Source of the DNA: Candidatus Cloacimonadota bacterium
Lineage (GTDB): Bacteria > Cloacimonadota > Cloacimonadia > JGIOTU-2
Assembly (NCBI GenBank): GCA_049903315.1
Contig: JBNGBT010000002.1
Coordinates: 1 to 64,000 of the forward strand
Direction: 5' to 3'
DNA: 64,000 nt
Under the pieces are notes generated by a model. It saw only the letters and a program-made list of their open reading frames with translations. It ran no database searches and was not told the DNA's origin. Shown here piece after piece: positions 43,322 to 51,788 of this stretch (position 1 is the first letter of the stretch; each line of letters begins with the position of its first letter). The position numbers and the translations under genes are program-made.

Positions 43322-45499
43322 ATGAAAAAATTACTTATACTAATCGCGGCTTTAATTATGCTTCCCGCAATTCTTTCTGCAACACAAATGAACGTGGTCG
43401 GGGAAGTATTTACATCCACGTCTTGAGGATACTGTCCTTCAGCCCGGGCCGGGTTGAGAGATCTTCAAGCTAATTTTGATAACTTTATACCGCTTTTCTG
43501 GCAAAGCACCAGCGGCTACGTGGGGATGCCAAGTCCCAATTACAGCACCCGTGGGGGTATGTACGGTGTCAGCGGTATTCCACATGCTCGATTTGGAGGA
43601 TACATCTCTGAAGTTGGTGGAATTGCTGGCGGTAATATGTACAATTATTATCTTCCTCATTACAATACACTTAATGCCCTGGATAGTCCATGTGCTATTG
43701 ACATTACGATGGATGTTACCTCTAAATCTACCATTGATGTTCAAGCTGATGTTGAATTGACTGGAAATATTACTACTACTAACAACAAGATCATTCTTCT
43801 GCTTACATACAAATACACTGATGATTATACTTGTGCGGTCGTTGCATATCATGATGAGAACTTTAATCTTACCACAGTAGGTCAGACCGGAAGCTTTTCC
43901 TATTCATTCGCGTATGACCCAGACTGGGTATTACCCGATTTGAAGGCAGTTGCTATTGTTCAGCCCTTTTCAAGCAATTACAAAATACATCAGGCAGCCA
44001 CTTGTGGTGTGAGCGGCATTTTCTCAATCTTCAGCAGCAATATTCAATCCGGACCACCGCAATTGGGTGTACAATTCTATAATGAATCATATCCTGATAC
44101 AGGCATTGTATCATATGAATGGGACTTTGACGGAGATGGAACATGGGACAGTACAGAAGAAAATCCATATCATCTTTATGACACGATTGGTAGTTATAAT
44201 GTATCACTCCGCATCTCTGATGGAGTCGAAACAGCAACTACAACAGCAGATGATTATATCACTGTAACGAACAGCTCAGATATTTCCGGAGAATTATCCG
44301 GTATATGGACAGAAACATATAGTCCATATATTATCACCGACGATGTGCATCTTGCGGATGAAAATCACCTGGAGATCGGACCGAATGTGGTAATCCATAC
44401 GAACAACGGAAGCAAAATCACGATTGAAGGATACTTCCGCGCAGTAGGTGATGAACGAGGTAACATCATTTTTATGACTGATGATACCTGGAGCGGTTTA
44501 TACTTCTTCAATTCACCTTATGAAAATGCACTGAGTCACGCAAATATAACCGGTTCTAATAACTGCGCAATCGATATTTATAACTCCCGAGTAGTAATAG
44601 GTTATAATACTATTTTTGGAAACTCCACAAGCTCTCAGAAAGGACCTGCGATCAATGCAACGAATGCTGACGAAGTGCTTATTGAATGGAATCTGATATC
44701 CAATAATACAAGCTCGAGTTTGTGTGGTGCGATAAGTTTGGATAATTCCTCTCCGCTTATTGTTCGTAACATCATTGTGAATAATGAAGCGGTCTATTCC
44801 GGTGCATTTAGCATGAAGAATGCATCATGTCCGGAACTTCTCAATAATACTATAGCGAACAACCTTGCGAGTTATGTATTTTATTTGTTTTCAAGCTCTA
44901 ATCCTATAATCGAGAATTCTATTATCAGGAACACGAGTAATGTGTTCATTAACTTCTCCAGCACACCTTTAGTCACATATTCTGATGTTTCAGGTGGATT
45001 CACAGGGACAGGCAATATCGATGAAAATCCCCTGTTTGTTAATCCAACTGCCGGTGACGGACCTACTTATGACGGGCTTGCAGCTGATTGGGGCTTACAG
45101 CAATCCTCCCCATGTATCGATGCAGGAAATCCTACTTCACCACCCGATCCTGACGGCACTCGTGCTGATATGGGTGCTCTGTATTACCATCAATATGTGT
45201 CTGTAGATGACCCGGAGGTAATACCGGTTTCCGTACACAACTTCCCTAATCCTTTTGCCAATAAAACGACTATTTCTTTTAATTCAACTGCGAATCTACA
45301 GGGCTTGGATCATATTACCATCTACAATATAAAAGGTGAGATGGTTACAACCTTAGCTTTAGAAGCATCTGATTCAGGATTCAGCACTGTATGGGATGGT
45401 AGAGATGATGCAGGAAAGAGTGTTTCAAACGGAATATATTTCTACAAATTCAAAGCAGAAGATATTGAAAGAACACAGAAATTGATCTTAATGAGATAG
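43322..45499 (+). CDS. Secreted selenoprotein 1 (725 aa, Sec35): Omp28-like UxxC thioredoxin fold, PKD, beta-helix, C-terminal sorting domain
   Basis: ATG 43322 with AAGGA RBS gives MKKLLILIAALIMLPAILSA-TQMNVVGEVFTSTS[TGA 43424]GYCPSARAGL, in frame with ORF 43454..45499. A hairpin follows the TGA and selABC is nearby. Confidence 0.9.
43439..43457 (+). promoter_or_regulatory. Putative bacterial SECIS hairpin 1
   Basis: TCAGCCCG-GGC-CGGGTTGA: 8-bp stem with one G-U pair and a G-starting loop 20 nt after the TGA. Confidence 0.75.
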
Positions 45500-45555
45500 C
45501 TGATACTCAATTTAGAAGATACATAGAGCAGGATGTCGTAGTCCTGCTCTTTTTT
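45422..45555 (+). repeat. 134-bp direct repeat copy 1 (gene 3' end, stop and terminator)
   Basis: Near-identical to 47769..47902; contains the terminator AGAGCAGGAT-GTCGTA-GTCCTGCTCT-T5 at 45525..45555. Confidence 0.9.
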
Positions 45556-45767
45556 GTATGGAAAAAACTTCCAATTATAATCCAGTTAGCGGATATCCGA
45601 ATATTTGTATGTGCAAGAAAAATAAATTTGACAACAAAGAAAAATAAATTTCGAATTTACTTAAGTAAAGTTGATGCTGGTTTTATATGCTTACTGGACG
45701 GAAAATATCATGAAAAAATGGAAAAAAGACTGTAAACAATTTATTTTAACTTCATAATGGAGGAATA

Positions 45768-47846
45768 ATGAAAAAGTGTATTATGTGTTTTATACTTTGT
45801 CTTTTTATGGTTGGTACTACATTAGCTCAGGATGGTAAAGACTATGGTGTCCCAGATTGGGAGTTCATTCAGGAACCCACAACACTCACGGGTTTTACAA
45901 ACTACTATGACTACATGCCCGGAAGTCTCTGTGGTCATCCTATTATGCGTCAACCTGATTGTTATGGCGGAGTATATTTTACCTTTCACGGACGTCCAAA
46001 TATTATAGATAATAGAAGAGTTTATTGGGCATATGTTCATCCAAATGGTGCAATAGAATATGCGACAATCACAACTTCAGACACATACGAGGGTTATCCA
46101 AGTTTGACAATACATCCTGCTTCCGGTGATCCTATTGTTTCATGGCATGATATTTTGGGACCATCCACTCCAGAAGATACAAATACTCGTGCGACGTTTG
46201 ATGACTATGGATTACTCTACATTCCCGGTTTCTGGAAAACTCCAGTAGCCTTTGATCAACCTGTTCCTTATGTTGAAGAGTATTTATGGCCTTACGTGTT
46301 TATTGGAAAAGCTCCGGATTATGTGACTACTGGTAATTATCGTCTATATCAGATAAGTGAACAAGGTCCTGACGGTGAGATTGAACATCCCATACTTCGT
46401 TGGATCGACGTTCCGGAAGATTCTTATGTGTACGGTGATCTTGATATAATGCTTGATAAGACCAATTGGCACCCTCCAGTTAACATTGCACGCGACTGGT
46501 CAGATCCCGATGCAGGTATTTCCTGCCGTCCATATCCTTCCTTTGCGGTAGATCCATTCACGCCCGGTCACGTTGCAATATTTGGTTATGCATGTTATGT
46601 AAACGGACTTACAGGAAATGAAATTGTTCCACAGGGATTCTATGTATGGGATTCCTATGATGGGGGAGAAACATGGTCATATGATAATTTTCATTCGTAT
46701 GAAACCGATGTAGGCATGCTGAATGAATATGTATTATATGCGGTTGAGAATATTCCTGGTTTTACTGATGATGAAGGCATTCCCTTTGATTCGCTTCATG
46801 TGTGGGTTGGTTTCCCCGGTAATTACTGTTCAACTAATCGAACTGCTGTTTTTGACAGGGAGGGTAATCTTCACTTACCGGAACTTTTCTGGATCAGCTA
46901 TGTTGATGAGGAGATCGGTTCTGTAACATATTGGCCCGAATACGCTTTCTTGTTCCAAGCAGAAGTTGTATATAAATCCGACGGCACATGGGACATTCGA
47001 CATGTTGCAAATATGTCAGGAACGGATGCATGGACAGGTCGCAGTGTTCCCTGGGAAATCGATCCTGTAAGTGGAGATACATTGATATACCCATGGTGTG
47101 ATATAGCAACTAATGATTATTCACCAAGCGGTTATGTAAATCTCCAATATCAGGCAGTATGCCTTGAACAAGATTGGATGGCACATGTGTGGGTAAGTGG
47201 TACGAAAATGCTCGAAGCTGAATTTGGCCCTGTCCCTTTGTTTTATTATCATCATCCAATCATTTATATCGCGATATCAAATTGTAATGGTGAATGGTGG
47301 TATGATCCAATAGAGCTATCAGATATTTTCAGTACTGCATATCCTGGCTTCGCAGATATGATAACGGTCTATCCGTATGTAAATCCAATTATAAAGGATC
47401 TCGGAGATGGTTGGGGACAGATCGATATGTACTTTCTTGATGATAATGATTATGGGAGTTCAATCAGCGGTTTAGGAAATAGTACGGGTGGTCAAATGGT
47501 TTATTGTTCTTTCAAATTTTATTATTATGTACCACTGTCAGTTGATCCTTCATATCCAGGAGCTGAATCTTCGCTTACTCTTTTCAATGTTCCCAATCCC
47601 TTCAAATCAAATACACTTATACAGCTTTCTGCTTCTTGTGGAATTGAGAATGCAAAAATAAATATTTATAATCTGCGAGGTCAGCTTGTAAAATCATTAG
47701 ATTCAATTACAGATACTCATAATGAAGGGCATGTAACATGGGATGGCACAAATCAAAATGGTAATACAGTTTCCAACGGAATTTACTTCTACAAATTCAA
47801 AGCAGGAGATCTGGAAAGAACACAAAAATTGATCTTGATGAGATAG
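45768..47846 (+). CDS. Secreted acidic, aromatic-rich protein of unknown function with C-terminal sorting domain
   Basis: GGAGG RBS, signal peptide, one Asp-box-like SYDGGETW, tail NVPNPF...WDG...SNGIYFYKF. Confidence 0.8.
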   Translation: MKKCIMCFILCLFMVGTTLAQDGKDYGVPDWEFIQEPTTLTGFTNYYDYMPGSLCGHPIMRQPDCYGGVYFTFHGRPNIIDNRRVYWAYVHPNGAIEYATITTSDTYEGYPSLTIHPASGDPIVSWHDILGPSTPEDTNTRATFDDYGLLYIPGFWKTPVAFDQPVPYVEEYLWPYVFIGKAPDYVTTGNYRLYQISEQGPDGEIEHPILRWIDVPEDSYVYGDLDIMLDKTNWHPPVNIARDWSDPDAGISCRPYPSFAVDPFTPGHVAIFGYACYVNGLTGNEIVPQGFYVWDSYDGGETWSYDNFHSYETDVGMLNEYVLYAVENIPGFTDDEGIPFDSLHVWVGFPGNYCSTNRTAVFDREGNLHLPELFWISYVDEEIGSVTYWPEYAFLFQAEVVYKSDGTWDIRHVANMSGTDAWTGRSVPWEIDPVSGDTLIYPWCDIATNDYSPSGYVNLQYQAVCLEQDWMAHVWVSGTKMLEAEFGPVPLFYYHHPIIYIAISNCNGEWWYDPIELSDIFSTAYPGFADMITVYPYVNPIIKDLGDGWGQIDMYFLDDNDYGSSISGLGNSTGGQMVYCSFKFYYYVPLSVDPSYPGAESSLTLFNVPNPFKSNTLIQLSASCGIENAKINIYNLRGQLVKSLDSITDTHNEGHVTWDGTNQNGNTVSNGIYFYKFKAGDLERTQKLILMR

Positions 47847-47902
47847 CTGATACTCAATTTAGAAAATATATAGAGCAGGATGTCACAGTCCTGCTCTTTT
47901 TT
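47769..47902 (+). repeat. 134-bp direct repeat copy 2 (gene 3' end, stop and terminator)
   Basis: Matches 45422..45555; terminator hairpin at 47872..47902. Confidence 0.9.
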
Positions 47903-48071
47903 ATTATATGAATTAGTAATTTCATCTGGCAATTTTGCGGTTAAATAGAGAGCAATTATACATATTTATCCCATAAGAAAGGACGAAATTTAGAACTCAA
48001 TTAATTCCAGAAAAATTTGACAAAAAATTAGGGTATTTCCCAATGAAATAAATTAATTTCAGGAGGAGCAG

Positions 48072-49994
48072 ATGAAAAAATTAGCTGTTCTCATATTTCT
48101 TATGATCCTCTCATCAACAGTTTTTGCAGCGTATCAGGTCGGCGATGTAGTTTCAAATTTCAGCTGGACTGATAACACAAGCACAACGCATAATATTTAT
48201 GACCTCATCGACGCGGAAAAAGCGATCGTATTTTTCTGGGGAGGTACTGGTTGAGGTGGCTGTGTTTCGGCGGCGCCGCAATTAGAAACTATCTGGCAAA
48301 ATTACCAAGGAACCGGTCATTGTTACATTCTTTCCGAAACCGACTGGACTTCTTATGGAGCAACATATTTTAATTCTTATGATATCGATCCTTATTACTC
48401 TCAATATGGAAACGGGTTTATTCCATTTTTTGCTGTCATTGGTGGTGAATACAAATTGTATTACGGAGACAATAGTGTGGGTAGTGTACCAGCTGCGCTG
48501 GATGCTGCCATTGCATCCTTGGGTTTATATGCAAATTTTGATGCAAATATAACTCAGGGACCTCCAGAACTCACTGTGCAGTTTACCAGCACATCGTCAG
48601 GTGCTCCGGATGCATGGGACTGGGATTTCAACAATGACGGTACCATTGATAGTCACGAAGAAAATCCTGTGTGGACCTACACCGGAGTTGGTTCTTATGA
48701 TGTTTCTCTTACAGTTTATGAAGGAGCTGATAGCGATGAACTCATTCAAGAGGACTTTATTACTGTTCTCGATCCATCGAATGTATCCGGTGAATGTGCT
48801 GGAAATTGGTCACCCACTTATGGAACGTACACGATTACTGGGAATGTTACCGTTCCTGTCGGTACGGTTCTGTCGATCGAGCCAAGCACGAATATCGTTG
48901 TAAATAATGGCAGCAAGATTGAAGTGAAAGGCAGAATTGAAGCACAGGGTTCAGAACGTGGATTGATACACTTCTCAACCGGCACTACATGGAAAGGTGT
49001 AAAGATAATCGATAGTCAAGAAGACAATGTGATCGATTTATGCTATTTCACAGGTTGTACAGAAAGTGCAGTTGATATTGATAATTCTACAGTAGATGTT
49101 CTCAACAGCACGTTTTATGAAAATACCAATACGAATCAAAAAGGTCCTGCTATAAATGTATTAGATGCCAGTGATGTCCTTATAATGGGTAATTCAATTG
49201 CAAATAACTATAGTTCTGTCCTTTCAGGTGGTATTGTGCTCGATAATGCCTCGGTTGAGATTTCCCATAATATCATTGTGAATAACGAAGCTACTTTTGC
49301 CGGTGCAATTGGAATGAAAAATGGATCTGATGCATCACTTATCAATAATACGATTGCAAACAATGTCGGGAGCTATGCCTGTATTTATCTTATATCCTCT
49401 TATCCGAATGTACTCAATACGATCATCATTCATGATGGTTTGATATTCACGACATTCAGCAGTAATCCAATAGTAAACTATTCCTGTATCTCAGGCGGAT
49501 ATTCCGGAACAGGAAATATCAGCGATGATCCGGAATTTGTGACTCCCTCTGCAGGGGACGGCATTGCCTATGATGGTTTAGCTGCAAACTGGAATCTGCA
49601 AGAAACTTCTCCGTGTATTGATGCGGGAGATCCTTCCTCACCTCCTGACCCTGACGGCACGATTGCAGATATGGGTGCTTTGTACTATCATCAGGTAGTC
49701 TCGGTTGACGATCCACACAGCAACATGATCTATGTCAGACAGAATGCACCGAATCCTTTCAAAGGTTCTACTTCAATATCCTATTCATTGCCAAAGAATT
49801 CCGAAAATGCTGTCATCACGATCTATAATGTCAAAGGTGATGTTGTGAAGGAATTTACTCTTGAAAACACAGAAGGTGATATCATATGGAATGGTATGGA
49901 TCAGAATAATAATGCTGTTGCAAGCGGAGTTTATTTTTATAAACTGCAAGGAGATTCCATTTCTCAGACCAGGTCAATGGTCTTCATGAAGTAG
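48072..49994 (+). CDS. Secreted selenoprotein 2 (640 aa, Sec61): AhpC/TSA-TlpA-like UxxC fold, PKD, beta-helix, C-terminal sorting domain
   Basis: ORF 48072..48254 ends in TGA (48252), but the frame stays open: ...KAIVFFWGGTG[U]GGCVSAAPQLETIWQNY...FIPFFAVIG, joining ORF 48456..49994 with no other stop. AGGAGG RBS and signal peptide. Confidence 0.9.
48264..48289 (+). promoter_or_regulatory. Putative bacterial SECIS hairpin 2
   Basis: Apical CGGC-GGC-GCCG (48268..48278), with the loop 17 nt after the TGA; flanking GTTT/AAAC can form a lower stem. Confidence 0.65.
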
Positions 49995-50022
49995 CATTTT
50001 ACTCATATACATAGCTTTCGGT

Positions 50023-50117
50023 TGAGAGGAAGGAACTGGTGTTCCAGCTGGTCTTCAAAATCAGTAGTGAGCGGATAACACCGTTTATGGCAGGTTCGAT
50101 TCCTGCCCTCTCGGCCA
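50023..50117 (+). tRNA. selC: tRNA-Sec (anticodon UCA)
   Basis: Acceptor TGAGAGG/CCTCTCG; D arm GGAAC-TGGT-GTTCC; 6-bp anticodon stem with loop CTTCAAA (TCA at 50055..50057); long variable arm; T arm GCAGG-TTCGATT-CCTGC; G discriminator and CCA; immediately before selA. Confidence 0.95.
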
Positions 50118-50145
50118 TTTTTTTATTTAAAAAATAGGAATTGAA

Positions 50146-51525
50146 ATGGATAAAAACGAACTCAGAAAAATTCCCGGAGTGGATACCTTGAAAAAGACCT
50201 CAAAGATTAAAGAACTCATTTCTGAATTTGGAGAAGAACTCACAGTTTTCTCAATCCGCCAGGTATTGGATAAGGTAAGAGAATCTGTTCTACAAGGGAA
50301 GAGAATTCCATCCGAAGATAAGATGCTTGCTATGATCGGGCAGAGAATAAATAATATTGGTTCCCAATCATTAAAACCAATGATCAATGCGACGGGTATC
50401 GTGCTGCATACAAATCTTGGGCGAGCCCCACTGGGTGAAGTACTCACAGAGGAAGTATCCAGAGTAATTCACGGATACTCCAATCTTGAGTTCGATTGTG
50501 AAAAAGGAAAGCGGGGTCACAGGGGAAACCATATCACTGATCTTATTACTTTTATTACAGGCGCAGAAGATGCAGTTGTCGTAAATAATAATGCAGCAGG
50601 TGTGTACCTGTCTCTCAGAACATTTTCAAAAGGTAAAGAAGCAATCATATCTCGCGGTGAACTGATAGAGATAGGTGGCTCATTCCGCATACCTGATATC
50701 ATGAAACAAAGCGGTGCGAAAATGATCGAAGTGGGTACAACAAATCGTACACGCCTATCAGATTATGAAGCAGCAATTACTGACAAAACTGCGGTACTGT
50801 TCAAGGCACACAAATCAAATTATTATATAGAAGGATTTTCCGAGGAAGTAGAGATAGAAGCTCTTGCGCAGCTCGCGCATGATAAGGAACTCATGTGTGT
50901 TTTTGATTTGGGATCGGGATTACTGAGAAAACCAACGGGGCTCTTATTAGAAACTGAACCGGATGTTCATAGTGCAATTGCGTCCGGTGCCGATCTCGTG
51001 ATGTTCAGTGGTGATAAACTTCTGGGTGGTCCTCAAGCAGGCATTATTGTCGGCAAAAAGAAGTATATTCAGAAATTGAAGAAATCACCACTTATGCGTG
51101 TACTTCGGGTAGGAAAAATGACGCTTGCAGCACTCTCTGCAGTGATCCGATGCTATCTCAAAGATGAAACACTCCTTGAAAATGTGCCAGTTTTCCACTT
51201 GCTGGATCAGAAAAAAGACGAACTGCAAGAGAAAGCACTACAGTTTTCAAAACTCCTTTTAAAAGAAAAAATTCCTAATATAATTATTGAAAATACGGCT
51301 CATTGCGGCGGAGGGACTCTTCCACAAGTTGAAATTCCCAGTTTTGCAGTGCGGCTTGATCTCTTAAAAACAAGGATTACTCCAGAACAGCTTTACCATC
51401 AATTGCTTCAATTAGAGAAACCTATTCTCGGTATTCTTCGCGAGGGTACGATACTCTTTGATGTGTTCACTTTAACTGAAGACCAGTTTGAATACATAGC
51501 AAAGCAAATAGTTGCTTTTAATTGA
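50146..51525 (+). CDS. selA: L-seryl-tRNA(Sec) selenium transferase
   Basis: INATGIVLHTNLGRAP, YSNLE, VVNNNAA, SRGELIEIGGSFRIPD, PLP-lysine FSGDKLLGGPQAG. Confidence 0.97.
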   Translation: MDKNELRKIPGVDTLKKTSKIKELISEFGEELTVFSIRQVLDKVRESVLQGKRIPSEDKMLAMIGQRINNIGSQSLKPMINATGIVLHTNLGRAPLGEVLTEEVSRVIHGYSNLEFDCEKGKRGHRGNHITDLITFITGAEDAVVVNNNAAGVYLSLRTFSKGKEAIISRGELIEIGGSFRIPDIMKQSGAKMIEVGTTNRTRLSDYEAAITDKTAVLFKAHKSNYYIEGFSEEVEIEALAQLAHDKELMCVFDLGSGLLRKPTGLLLETEPDVHSAIASGADLVMFSGDKLLGGPQAGIIVGKKKYIQKLKKSPLMRVLRVGKMTLAALSAVIRCYLKDETLLENVPVFHLLDQKKDELQEKALQFSKLLLKEKIPNIIIENTAHCGGGTLPQVEIPSFAVRLDLLKTRITPEQLYHQLLQLEKPILGILREGTILFDVFTLTEDQFEYIAKQIVAFN

Positions 51526-51541
51526 GTGGTACATTGAAAAC

Positions 51542-51710
51542 AATATCCAATATCCAACAAGGAATTTCCAAGTACCTTACAGATGATAAATATAATAATG
51601 GGAAAGAATATTTTAAACACAATATGAATAATTTGAGAATTGCTTTTGAAGATTCGAGCGAGACTGAATTTCTATGGATATTGGTTATCCTGTATTGGAT
51701 ATTGGACATT
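51542..51710. repeat. Inverted repeat made of heptamer units enclosing a decayed small ORF between selA and selB
   Basis: AATATCCAATATCCAA (51542..51557) versus TTGGATATTGGACATT (51695..51710), one mismatch. Confidence 0.6.
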
Positions 51711-51788
51711 CAGTCTATTTGTTTTACTTTAACATCCCAATTAAAATTATATGCAAACGAATTATAAAGAGTATCAAACAAAAACGTC

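Noticed and set aside
43454..43456. ORF-track starts at TTG 43454 and TTG 48456
   Set aside because: They give no signal peptide, lack a clear RBS, and are artefacts of treating the Sec codon as a stop.
43424..48254. TGA as Trp or Gly (genetic code 4 or 25)
   Set aside because: TGA terminates ordinary genes here (for example at 36421, 53723 and 54221), conserved genes have no internal TGA, and both TGAs align with the first Cys of CxxC.
43322..49994. Two nonsense-mutated pseudogenes
   Set aside because: Two independent stops both landing on the catalytic Cys, each followed by a hairpin and next to selABC, with otherwise intact frames, is much better explained by Sec.
19467..49994. Claim that a full type IX secretion system is encoded here
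   Set aside because: Seven proteins have T9SS-like/FlgD-Ig tails, but I recognise no T9SS machinery genes in the window, so the export route is unproven.
51522..51767. 81-aa ORF as a functional gene
   Set aside because: TTG start, both ends derive from heptamer repeats, and only a short protein-like patch; treated as a remnant.
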